A DNA stretch of 59,319 bases, taken from the sequence record SRR9188676_2407; one strand, 5' to 3'. Below, one piece after another: positions 1-8,702 of the stretch (the stretch's first letter is position 1; every line of letters starts with the position of its first letter). Made by a program: the position numbers and the translations under genes. The notes under the pieces were generated by a model that saw only the letters and a program-made list of their open reading frames with translations, did not search any database and was not told the DNA's origin.

Positions 1-88
1 TAATTCAGTTTCAAACTGAATTAAAGTTTACCAGGAGTGATGCTTTGTTAACACTTTTGTCAGTTGGGCAAATTTTAATAGTAAGTAA

Positions 89-358
89 TTAAAAACACTT
101 GAAATTAAAATAATTAGTATCTAAAAACTCGACTGTTTCTGCCTCACTTTCAAAAGTATATTCATTTTCACAATCACTTGTATTACTGCTTTTACATACA
201 TTCACAATATACTTTATATTCATTTCACCAACATCGATGCGAACACTATATTCTTCATTATCAGCTTTTGAAGTAACCATATTATGGCAACTACTACCTT
301 TACAAGAATTGCAATCCAAGGACTCAATACCTAATTCTAAAAATGTTTTTCTTTTCAT
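89..358 (-). CDS. Hypothetical small Cys-rich acidic protein (89 aa)
   Basis: ATG ORF with an A-rich leader, downstream of dnaK on the same strand. No family recognised. Confidence 0.55.
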   Translation of the reverse strand: MKRKTFLELGIESLDCNSCKGSSCHNMVTSKADNEEYSVRIDVGEMNIKYIVNVCKSSNTSDCENEYTFESEAETVEFLDTNYFNFKCF

Positions 359-486
359 AATTAATTTTATTATTTATATCTTAATTTATAATCTCTACAT
401 TATTCCTTTTGTAGTAAGGATGATTTTATTCTGAATAGTGTTACGAATATCGAAGAATATTTAAGTTTCAAAAAAAAAGTGCTACA

Positions 487-530
487 AAATCTCCTTCCAA
501 AAAATTGAAAGAATTCCTAAAAGGAGATTT
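487..530 (-). terminator. Possible terminator/hairpin downstream of dnaK
   Basis: Inverted repeat AAAATCTCCTT...AAGGAGATTTT with a large loop. Confidence 0.4.
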
Positions 531-569
531 TATAACACTTTATATCTAAAATTCAGTCGGAGACTGATG

Positions 570-593
570 GCTCATCGCTCAAGGCTCAAAGCT
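570..593. repeat. Heptamer tandem repeat (GCTCAnn)x3 just after the dnaK stop
   Basis: gctcatc gctcaag gctcaaa gct; the same family occurs at 8666-8696. Confidence 0.8.
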
Positions 594-598
594 ATTGC

Positions 599-2506
599 TT
601 ATTTCACTTCCTCAAAAGGAACATCTTCTGCTTGTGAAGAAGAGCCTGAATCAGCAGTTTGTTGTCCTGCATCTCCAGTTGGTTGAGCTCCCTCTGGGCT
701 ACCTTGTGCATACATTTCTTGCGAAGCAGCTGCCCAAGCATTGTTCAATTTTTCAAGTGCTGAGTCAATTGAAGCTGCATCACGTGAAGCGTGTGCTGTT
801 CTTAATTCTTCTAAAGCACCTTCAATCGCTGATTTGTTACCTGCTGATAATTTCTCACCGTACTCTTTCAATTGTTTTTCTGTTTGGAAAATCAATGAGT
901 CAGCTTGGTTGATTTTTTCGATTTTTTCACGTTCAGCTTTATCTTCTGCTTCGTTAGCTTTCGCTTCTTGACGCATTTTTTCGATTTCAGCATCAGTCAA
1001 ACCGCTTGATGCTTCGATACGGATATTGCTTTCTTTTCCTGTTCCTTTATCTTTTGCAGATACGTGAAGGATACCATTAGCATCAATATCAAAAGTTACT
1101 TCTACTTGAGGAACGCCACGTGGTGCTGGTGGAATACCATCTAAGTGGAAACGTCCTAATGAACGGTTTTGAGTTGCTAATGGACGCTCACCTTGCAATA
1201 CGTTCAATTCTACCGAAGGTTGGTTGTCTGAAGCAGTCGAGAATGTTTCAGATTTCTTCGTAGGAATTGTAGTGTTAGCTTCGATTAATTTAGTGAAAAC
1301 GCCACCCATTGTTTCGATACCTAACGATAAAGGAATAACGTCTAATAATAATACGTCTTTCACTTCACCAGTTAAAACACCACCTTGAACAGCCGCACCG
1401 ATTGCCACAGCTTCGTCAGGGTTAACACCTTTTGAAGGTTTTCTTCCGAAGAATTTCTCTACTTCTTCTACTACTCTTGGAATACGAGTTGAACCACCTA
1501 CCAAGATTACTTCGTCGATATCTGAATTTGTAAAGCCCGAATTTTTCATCGCACGTTTACAAGGCTCAAGCATTCTTTGAATCAATGAATCTGCCAATTG
1601 CTCAAATTTAGCACGAGATAAAGTACGTACTAAGTGTTTAGGCATACCGTCCACAGGGAAGATATATGGCAAGTTGATTTCTGTAGAAGCACTTGACGAT
1701 AATTCTACTTTTGCTTTTTCAGCAGCTTCTTTCAAACGTTGAAGAGCCATTGCATCTTTACGCAAATCAACACCTTCATCGTTTTTAAATTCGTTTGCTA
1801 ACCATTCGATGATTACTTGGTCGAAGTCGTCACCACCTAAGTGAGTATCACCGTCAGTAGATTTTACTTCAAATACGCCATCACCCAATTCTAACACTGA
1901 AATATCGAAAGTACCACCACCTAAGTCGAATACAGCGATTTTCATATCTTTACCGCCTTTGTCAAGACCGTAAGCTAAAGCTGCCGCAGTAGGTTCGTTG
2001 ATGATACGTTTTACTTCTAAACCTGCAATTTGTCCAGCTTCTTTCGTAGCCTGACGTTCTGCATCATTAAAATATGCTGGAACAGTAATAACGGCTTCAG
2101 TAACAGTCTGTCCAAGATAATCTTCAGCAGTTTGTTTCATTTTCGTTAAAATCTGTGCCGAAATTTCTTGTGGCGTATAAAGACGGTCGCCGATGCGAAC
2201 ACGTGGAGTATCGTTTGAACCTTGCTCAACAGTATAAGCAATTGTTTTTAGTTCGCTTCCTACTTCTGTATAACGTTTACCCATGAAACGTTTGATAGAA
2301 GAAACTGTGTTTTTAGGATTAGTGATAGCCTGGCGTTTGGCAGCGTCACCTACTTTACGTTCACCGTTACCATTATCTAAGAATGCAACGATTGAAGGTG
2401 TAGTACGACGACCTTCTGAGTTAGCGATTACGACTGGCTCGTTACCTTCCATTACAGCTACGCAAGAGTTGGTTGTTCCTAAGTCAATACCGATAATTTT
2501 TCCCAT
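599..2506 (-). CDS. dnaK: Chaperone DnaK (Hsp70)
   Basis: [33 protein letters not shown] and NPDEAVA motifs; 635 aa. Confidence 0.99.
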   Translation of the reverse strand: MGKIIGIDLGTTNSCVAVMEGNEPVVIANSEGRRTTPSIVAFLDNGNGERKVGDAAKRQAITNPKNTVSSIKRFMGKRYTEVGSELKTIAYTVEQGSNDTPRVRIGDRLYTPQEISAQILTKMKQTAEDYLGQTVTEAVITVPAYFNDAERQATKEAGQIAGLEVKRIINEPTAAALAYGLDKGGKDMKIAVFDLGGGTFDISVLELGDGVFEVKSTDGDTHLGGDDFDQVIIEWLANEFKNDEGVDLRKDAMALQRLKEAAEKAKVELSSSASTEINLPYIFPVDGMPKHLVRTLSRAKFEQLADSLIQRMLEPCKRAMKNSGFTNSDIDEVILVGGSTRIPRVVEEVEKFFGRKPSKGVNPDEAVAIGAAVQGGVLTGEVKDVLLLDVIPLSLGIETMGGVFTKLIEANTTIPTKKSETFSTASDNQPSVELNVLQGERPLATQNRSLGRFHLDGIPPAPRGVPQVEVTFDIDANGILHVSAKDKGTGKESNIRIEASSGLTDAEIEKMRQEAKANEAEDKAEREKIEKINQADSLIFQTEKQLKEYGEKLSAGNKSAIEGALEELRTAHASRDAASIDSALEKLNNAWAAASQEMYAQGSPEGAQPTGDAGQQTADSGSSSQAEDVPFEEVK

Positions 2507-2650
2507 TTTTAATTTTAATTAAGTATATGAATAAGATTTTTAATTTTACAATAAAGAGGCTTACAAGAATGTTTACCTATTTTTGTTCTTCTGTTTAAGC
2601 ATTGATTCTTTAAAATCATTACATCAACAGATAGAGATTTCCTTACTTTC

Positions 2651-2666
2651 AACAATCTTAATGCCA
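2651..2666 (-). promoter_or_regulatory. Sigma54-type -24/-12 promoter of dnaK
   Basis: The minus strand reads TGGCATTAAGATTGTT, matching TGGCA-N6-TTG with canonical spacing. Confidence 0.6.
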
Positions 2667-2689
2667 GTAGTTTTTTTAGCGATTTTTTG

Positions 2690-2762
2690 TGCCATAATGG
2701 CAGAGCTGCTTTTTTTATTGTCATACTAGCAGATAATATTTTTTAAAACTGACAAAATACCA
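2690..2762. promoter_or_regulatory. Three related 13-bp boxes (TGnCA-N3-TnnCA) upstream of dnaK
   Basis: TGCCATAATGGCA (2690, perfect palindrome), TGTCATACTAGCA (2719), TGACAAAATACCA (2750). Confidence 0.5.
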
Positions 2763-2795
2763 TTTAAAACAGCAATAATATTTAAGAGATTAAGC

Positions 2796-3713
2796 ATGAA
2801 AATATACATCCATACCAAATTTGAAGCTAGTGAAGTTTTGGTCATTAAAGAACAATTAGCTGGGAAATACGAATTACTAATCGGAGAAGAAATTTTGCCA
2901 GAAAATAGAGAAGAACAATTTCTAAGTGCAGACATTTGTTTGGGAAATGTGCCTTTGGCTTGGGCTCAAAAAACTAGTAAATTACAATGGCTTCAATTGC
3001 ATTCTGCTGGACTTGACCCTTACCAACAATTAGAAAATTATACTTTTAAAATCACGAATTTGAAAGGATTTTTCGGACAATCTGTAGCAGAAACGGCTGT
3101 AGCTGGGATTTTAGCAATGTATCGTGGTGTAGCATATTTATCCAAGCTTCAAACCGAAGCTAAATGGATTGGTACTCCTTTGCGCTCAAGTTTACATTTA
3201 TTGAATAATGCCAAAGTACTGGTTTTGGGTGCTGGGGCTATCGGACAAAAAGTAAAGGATTTATTAGTCGGTTTTAATTGTGAAACCACTGTATTGGATT
3301 CTAAAACGGTCGTGAATTTGGAAGAGTACTTGCCTACAACTGATATTTTGGTTGCTACTTTGCCCGAAACGCCCGAAACAATTGGTTTGTTGAACAAAAC
3401 CAGATTACAAATGCTAAAACCTTCTGCACTTTTTGTGAATGTTGGAAGAGGTTCGGCAGTGGATGAAGAAGCTTTGATTGAAATATTAAACAATAACCAA
3501 ATTTACGGAGCAGTTTTAGATGTAACAGCAAAGGAACCGATTCCTCTTGAACATCCACTTTGGCAAATGCCTAATGTTTTGTTGACACAACATACTTCTG
3601 GAGGCTGGGCTGAGGAAAATCTTGATAAAATTAAGTTTTTTATTGATAACCTTGAAAGATTTGAGAAAGGAGAAACTTTGGTAAATATTGCAAATTTAGC
3701 ACGTGGGTATTAA
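2796..3713 (+). CDS. D-2-hydroxyacid dehydrogenase family protein
   Basis: GAGAIG Rossmann motif, NVGRG, LDVT.EP and TQH (catalytic His region). Confidence 0.92.
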   Translation: MKIYIHTKFEASEVLVIKEQLAGKYELLIGEEILPENREEQFLSADICLGNVPLAWAQKTSKLQWLQLHSAGLDPYQQLENYTFKITNLKGFFGQSVAETAVAGILAMYRGVAYLSKLQTEAKWIGTPLRSSLHLLNNAKVLVLGAGAIGQKVKDLLVGFNCETTVLDSKTVVNLEEYLPTTDILVATLPETPETIGLLNKTRLQMLKPSALFVNVGRGSAVDEEALIEILNNNQIYGAVLDVTAKEPIPLEHPLWQMPNVLLTQHTSGGWAEENLDKIKFFIDNLERFEKGETLVNIANLARGY

Positions 3714-3722
3714 TGATAAGTT

Positions 3723-3774
3723 AACAAGAGTCATCCCGAATTTTAAAATCACAAAATTCGGGATGACTCTTGTT
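3723..3774. terminator. 22-bp perfect inverted repeat between convergent genes (bidirectional terminator)
   Basis: AACAAGAGTCATCCCGAATTTT-N8-AAAATTCGGGATGACTCTTGTT. Confidence 0.85.
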
Positions 3775-3779
3775 TTTAT

Positions 3780-4685
3780 TTACTGTTTATCATGATTTTC
3801 ATTGACCAATACTTTCTCTGTTACTAAAGTACTTTCTTGTGGTCTTATCGACAAAATAGGAATTTTAGCATGATTCAGCACTTGTTGAGCGAAAGGGCCA
3901 ACAAAATAATCTTCGATAGAGTAATTGAAATCTGCTGTAATAATCATTAAATCGACTTCTAATTCATCCGATTTCTTCAGTGCCGTGTAAGCAAGTGAAT
4001 CCGTATAAGAAAAAATAGAATAACCTTTGATGTTGTCTTCTATCAATTTTTCATTCAAAGTCTTTAATTCTTGGTCTAAATAATTTGTTTTTTTCGCACT
4101 GTCGTTATCCAATAAAGCCAAAATGACGAGTTCGGATTGATGTTTCGCAATAATTTTTTTGGCGAATTCATACTTGTGTAAAGCATTCGGAATTGTACGC
4201 ACTGGGAAAAGTACTTTTTCAAAATTCCTCCATTTTTTACCAGTCGGAATTGTGAGTACTGGGCAAGATGATTTTTTACTTACCTCAAAGGCATTCGTTC
4301 CCATAAAAAATGATTTGAAACCTGAAATGCCATGCGTACCCATCACTATCATATCAGCCGAAATTTGTTCAGCGATGTGGATGATTTCTCTGACTACTTC
4401 TCCAACAACACAATGGAAATAAACAGTTAATTGCTCTTTTTCTGCAATTGAGTCAGCCAATTTTGCCAATTTCCTTTTTTCTCGTTGAATAATACTTTCT
4501 CGACTTAAATCCAGCTCTAATCCATTTTCACTGATACTCAAATAAGTATCAGGGTCGATGATATGCAATAAATGAAGTGTTGATTGATAATTGTGACTCA
4601 AATTGACAACATAATCCAGTGCATTTAATGATGTTTTACTGTAGTCAATAGGAACTAAAATGTTGTTGATACTAAGATTTTCCAT
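3780..4685 (-). CDS. Universal stress protein (tandem USP domains)
   Basis: ILVPIDYS, ADMIVMGTHG..G...MGTNA..V.K.S.CPVLTIP, plus a second USP domain. Confidence 0.93.
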   Translation of the reverse strand: MENLSINNILVPIDYSKTSLNALDYVVNLSHNYQSTLHLLHIIDPDTYLSISENGLELDLSRESIIQREKRKLAKLADSIAEKEQLTVYFHCVVGEVVREIIHIAEQISADMIVMGTHGISGFKSFFMGTNAFEVSKKSSCPVLTIPTGKKWRNFEKVLFPVRTIPNALHKYEFAKKIIAKHQSELVILALLDNDSAKKTNYLDQELKTLNEKLIEDNIKGYSIFSYTDSLAYTALKKSDELEVDLMIITADFNYSIEDYFVGPFAQQVLNHAKIPILSIRPQESTLVTEKVLVNENHDKQ

Positions 4686-4774
4686 GACTTTAGAAATTTA
4701 AGGTGGTATTAATCACTCTGAGGATAATTTGATAATTAAATTATAACTAATTAATGGTTCTTGTGCATATTTTA

Positions 4775-5701
4775 TTATATAATTCCAAGCATTGATGCAG
4801 GATAATGATTATCATGACTATCAACTGAACTAATATCGGTATTTTTTGAAGATTTCGAACGAATTGACAAAACGGGGACTCTTGCATAATGCAGGATTTG
4901 CTTTGCAAATGGGCCTATTACATAATCTTGAATCTGGCGGTCGATTGTAGCAGTGATAATCAGTAAGTCAGCCATGAAATCACTTGTTTTTTCAAGTACT
5001 TTTTCTGCTACAGAATTACAGTAATAATAGTAAGTCTGTGCTTCCATTTTATCTTCTTTGAGTTTTTTATTAAGTTGTGCCGTTTCTGAATTGAGCGTTT
5101 CAAAGCTTTTTTTATCGGCATTATCTAATAAACCTATCACCACTAATTCGGCATTGTTTTCACGAACAATATTTCTGGCTAAATCATATTTTTCTAAAGC
5201 ACCTTCTACAGGACGAATTGGGTAAACCACTGTTTTGAAAGCTTCAAATTTTTGATGAGACGGAATGGTAAGTACTGGACAAAAAGCATTTTTCAGTACA
5301 TTAAATGTATTTGAGCCAATCAAAAATTCACTAATACCTGATAAACCATGTTTTCCCATAATGATTAAATCTGCATAAAAATCAACAGCCGCTCTTACTA
5401 TTTCTGAATGCACCAAGCCAGTTCTGATAAATGCTCTGCAATCAATAAATTCTTCGTGGGTTATTTTGTCCGCTAATTTTCTAAGATTGGTATGATGAGT
5501 ATCGAGGTGATCTTGCAAATTAGCATCATTAATCATCTTACCATCATCAATATCTAACAATGGATTAATATTGACAATGTGCAACAAAATTAATTGTGCT
5601 TGTTGACCTTTCGCTACTTCAATAGCGGTGTGAAGGGCATTCATAGATGAATCGCTAAAGTCAATCGGAACAAGTATTTTCTGAACTGCTAATGTATCCA
5701 T
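4775..5701 (-). CDS. Universal stress protein (tandem USP domains), paralog of 3780-4685
   Basis: KILVPIDFS, DLIIMGKHG..G...IGSNT..V...CPVLTIP. Start moved to ATG 5701 because the promoter lies at 5752-5819. Confidence 0.93.
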   Translation of the reverse strand: MDTLAVQKILVPIDFSDSSMNALHTAIEVAKGQQAQLILLHIVNINPLLDIDDGKMINDANLQDHLDTHHTNLRKLADKITHEEFIDCRAFIRTGLVHSEIVRAAVDFYADLIIMGKHGLSGISEFLIGSNTFNVLKNAFCPVLTIPSHQKFEAFKTVVYPIRPVEGALEKYDLARNIVRENNAELVVIGLLDNADKKSFETLNSETAQLNKKLKEDKMEAQTYYYYCNSVAEKVLEKTSDFMADLLIITATIDRQIQDYVIGPFAKQILHYARVPVLSIRSKSSKNTDISSVDSHDNHYPASMLGII

Positions 5702-5751
5702 AATTGTATGAGTTTTAGGTTGGAAAATAATTAAACGATGAGGTAAAAACC

Positions 5752-5819
5752 GTTTTGACAATGCAAATTTGAAACTCGCAACTTAATGACAGCTTAATCT
5801 AAGATTAGAATTTGCTTAG
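5752..5819 (-). promoter_or_regulatory. Four direct repeats at 11-bp spacing plus a -7-like element (OmpR-type activator site) for the USP operon
   Basis: Minus strand CTAAG, CTAAT, TTAAG, TTAAG at 5815/5804/5793/5782, then 14 nt, then TTTGCATTGTCAAAAC. Confidence 0.7.
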
Positions 5820-6068
5820 AAAATAATTTTATTACGATTTCAAAATAAAGCAGATAGAATGTCCGTTTTTTATTTAATTAACCACTTAATAAGCATTAAT
5901 TCATACTCTTTCATCTTTGAAAAAACGTTTCCTTTTAACATCAAAATTTTTCTAAAATCCTTCTGAATACATAGCATTATATGCAAAAGTATTATTTACA
6001 AGATGGTCGGATTGAAGAAAATAACATTGCAGTATTCGATTTAAAACAACGTTTAATAAAGAAAGAGT

Positions 6069-7364
6069 ATGAAAACTAACATGATTTTTGGTGGCATAGC
6101 CACTAGAAGAATCGCACAATTGCGTTGGATTCTTCCTACTTCATTATTAATGGCAATTATATTATCCATTAATATCAATTCTTTTAGCCAGACCAATCAA
6201 CTTGAAACTGATAAAGGAATGCAAAATTCTGTAGCATCCTATGATTCAGATGTGCGTCAGGCAATTTTATTGGCTAGTCAGTACCCTCAAACGCTTTCTC
6301 AATTACAGCAAGAGAAAAACCAAACACAAGCTTCTTTCCAAGGACTCATCAGTGATTTTAGTCAGAAAAAGCAAGGTTGGTTTTATGAACTTACTCGTTT
6401 TCCTGACTTAGCACATACTTTGGCAACTTTGCCTTCGGGACAAAGCCGTGATGAAATCAAAAAGTTGTTGCCCAATAATGACGAAAACCTAGAAACTGCC
6501 GCTTGGCGTTTGTATCGTCATCATAAAGAGGATTTAATTGAAGCTGATAAATTAAATCTTCAAGCCCAAGAAAGTTTTAATAAAGCGATTCAAAATTTGG
6601 ATAATCCAACTCAAGATGCCTTTAAAAAACTGTCTCAATATCCAGATGTATTGGCTTTATTGACAGATAATCTTGATTTGATGACTAAATTAGGACAACA
6701 ATATCTAGCTGATAAAGAAGGTTTGACAAGCCAATTGGCAAGTTTGCATGATAGTTTGATGATACAGAATCAAGCGCAAATGGCAGCTTATAAAAAAGAA
6801 TTGGAAAACAATCCTCAAGCAAAACAAGAGTTGAATCAAGCTGCGAAAGATTTTGCGAGAAGTAACGGCTATATTTTACCAAACGGACAAGTAGTTTATA
6901 ATGGTAATTATGGCTATGCTAATCCATATTCTTATTGGTTTGGTTATCCATATTGGTATGGTTCAGCACTTTGGTATCCGGGTGCTTATTGGGGAAGTTT
7001 CGGTTTGTCTTATGGTTTTGGCGGGTTTGGGTTTAGTGCTTTTCCTGCCTATGGTTTTTCTAATTGGTTTTATAATGGAGGATATTACATGAACTATCCA
7101 TATTTGTATAACCATTTTGGAAATTATTATCGTAACGTAATCGTTCGCCAGCCACGATATGTGAATAATGGGATGGTTGCTGGCTCACGTAATTATTATG
7201 ATGCTTATAGAAGCAATGGGAATTATAACAGTGGTAATCAAAACTACCGACAAAGTAATAATTCTTACAATAGTTTTCAGAACAGAAGCTATAGCGGAGG
7301 AAATAGAAGTAGTTTTGGTGGTGGTGGTGGAAGAAGTTTTAGTGGTGGGGGACGTCGTCGCTAA
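6069..7364 (+). CDS. Exported helical protein with Y/W/G-rich and N/S/G/R-rich low-complexity tail (DUF3300-like)
   Basis: Signal peptide; AILLASQYP and YPDVL motifs recall DUF3300; YPYWYG-rich segment; GGGGRSFSGGGRRR end. Confidence 0.7.
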   Translation: MKTNMIFGGIATRRIAQLRWILPTSLLMAIILSININSFSQTNQLETDKGMQNSVASYDSDVRQAILLASQYPQTLSQLQQEKNQTQASFQGLISDFSQKKQGWFYELTRFPDLAHTLATLPSGQSRDEIKKLLPNNDENLETAAWRLYRHHKEDLIEADKLNLQAQESFNKAIQNLDNPTQDAFKKLSQYPDVLALLTDNLDLMTKLGQQYLADKEGLTSQLASLHDSLMIQNQAQMAAYKKELENNPQAKQELNQAAKDFARSNGYILPNGQVVYNGNYGYANPYSYWFGYPYWYGSALWYPGAYWGSFGLSYGFGGFGFSAFPAYGFSNWFYNGGYYMNYPYLYNHFGNYYRNVIVRQPRYVNNGMVAGSRNYYDAYRSNGNYNSGNQNYRQSNNSYNSFQNRSYSGGNRSSFGGGGGRSFSGGGRRR

Positions 7365-7366
7365 AA

Positions 7367-7407
7367 ACAAAAAAGGTGTTGCTGAATTCGGCAACACCTT
7401 TTTGTTG
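7367..7407. terminator. Bidirectional intrinsic terminator
   Basis: AAAAAGGTGTTGCTGAATTCGGCAACACCTTTTT between convergent genes. Confidence 0.85.
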
Positions 7408-7412
7408 AAATA

Positions 7413-8441
7413 CTATTGATTGATTTTTAAAACGATATGTTTAATGTTTTTTCGATTAGCCGTATAAGTAATATGTACCAATCCATCTGTACTTTGAATA
7501 ATGGCTGGATAACTAAACTCGCCTTCTTTTTCATCTTCCAAAGTATAAACATCTTGCCAATCTTTACCATTTTTTGAAACGGCAACATTCAATTTATAGC
7601 GACCATTAAACCAATCTGCTCCTTTTTTAAGTGGATTATAAACCAATACTTGTAAACCATTTTTTAAAGTAGTGGCATCTGTTCCAGAATTGGGATTGGG
7701 CAAATTTGTAAGCGTTAATGGAGACCAAGTATTTCCGTTATCATTCGACCAAGTTTGCACGACAGCATTTTGTCTTGAGCGACAAAGTAACTGTAATTTA
7801 TTGCCTGAGTACTGTAAAATACTGGGCTGAATTACGCCAAAAGTATCGCAAGCAATGTTGATTTTTTTGAAGGTCTTGGCATTTTTATCTGATTTTTCAA
7901 GATGAATATTCCATACTTTTTCATCCAAACTTTCAGTACTCGAAGGATATAAAATTTCTCCGCTGACCAACTGAAAAGGTTTGTTTTTGATAGGACCCAA
8001 TATTCCGTCAGGTAATTTTTCAGCTTTACTCCAATGTTTGCCATTGTCCTCAGAAGTCATTTTCATTCCCCACCATTCTCTTGGGTTTTTGCCTACTTTA
8101 TAAAAAAGTAAAAGTTTACCTGCTTTGGTTTTGAACAAAACTGGATTCCAACAAGGGTATCTCAGCGTATCGTTGATAATGCCATTTGCAATTTGTTTGG
8201 CTTCGCTCCATTTACCTTTTTCGTTGGTAGCAATCCAAATTCCAACATCGGGGCTACTTTCATACTTTCCGCCAAACCATGAAGCCATAAAGGTATTTTT
8301 AGATAGCTCAACAATCGTGGAAGCATGACAAGCAGGAGTAGGAGAGACAGCAAAGATATATTCAGCCTTCACCAATTTTGCTTTCGGTTGCGAAAACACA
8401 GTGAATGAAAAACACAGGAAAAGTAAGGTTAGGGATTTCAT
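7413..8441 (-). CDS. Secreted BNR-repeat sialidase-like protein (BNR_2)
   Basis: Signal peptide; CHAST, WNPVLF, GPIKNKP, Asp-boxes SEDNGKHW/SNDNGNTW, EFSYP. Confidence 0.88.
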   Translation of the reverse strand: MKSLTLLFLCFSFTVFSQPKAKLVKAEYIFAVSPTPACHASTIVELSKNTFMASWFGGKYESSPDVGIWIATNEKGKWSEAKQIANGIINDTLRYPCWNPVLFKTKAGKLLLFYKVGKNPREWWGMKMTSEDNGKHWSKAEKLPDGILGPIKNKPFQLVSGEILYPSSTESLDEKVWNIHLEKSDKNAKTFKKINIACDTFGVIQPSILQYSGNKLQLLCRSRQNAVVQTWSNDNGNTWSPLTLTNLPNPNSGTDATTLKNGLQVLVYNPLKKGADWFNGRYKLNVAVSKNGKDWQDVYTLEDEKEGEFSYPAIIQSTDGLVHITYTANRKNIKHIVLKINQ

Positions 8442-8449
8442 TTTTTAGT

Positions 8450-8490
8450 TGTGAATTTATACAATTGTGAATTAGTGAGTTAGTGATTTT
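8450..8490. repeat. Short GTGA(A/G)TT tandem repeat
   Basis: gtgaatt...gtgaatt agtgagtt agtgatt; related units at 10277-10300, 45821-45837 and 59291-59319. Confidence 0.55.
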
Positions 8491-8520
8491 TTATCTTACT
8501 ACTTGACAATTTTGTAAAAG

Positions 8521-8614
8521 ACACAGAGGAACACTGAGAATACACAGAGTTTCACAGAAAAACTTTGTAACAAAACCCTCTGTGAAGCTCTTAAAACTCC
8601 GCTAAACTCTGTGT
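8521..8614. repeat. Palindromic CACAGAG/CTCTGTG repeat element
   Basis: Four CAC(A/T)GA(G/A) units at about 10-bp spacing followed by inverted CTCTGTG-like units. Confidence 0.75.
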
Positions 8615-8644
8615 AATCAATTTATTTACTGAACATCATTTTGT

Positions 8645-8696
8645 AGCTTTGAGCAAAATAAAAAAGCTCAAAGCTCATTGCTCACGGCTCAAAGCT
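8645..8696. repeat. Heptamer (GCTCAnn)x4 tandem repeat with an inverted copy forming a hairpin
   Basis: agctttgagc (8645-8654) is the reverse complement of gctcaaagct (8666-8675); the array lies just after the fucosidase stop. Confidence 0.8.
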
Positions 8697-8702
8697 AACA
8701 GC

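Noticed and set aside
2679-2694. Second sigma54-like site TGGCACAAAAAATCGC upstream of dnaK
   Set aside because: The GG-GC spacing is one base too long; it is better explained as half of the palindromic box.
6900-7364. Repetitive-looking DNA (ggt/tat/aat-rich)
   Set aside because: It is explained by the low-complexity protein tail and is not a DNA repeat array.
8521-8696. Possible CRISPR array
   Set aside because: The units are 7-10 bp with no unique spacers, and there are no cas genes.
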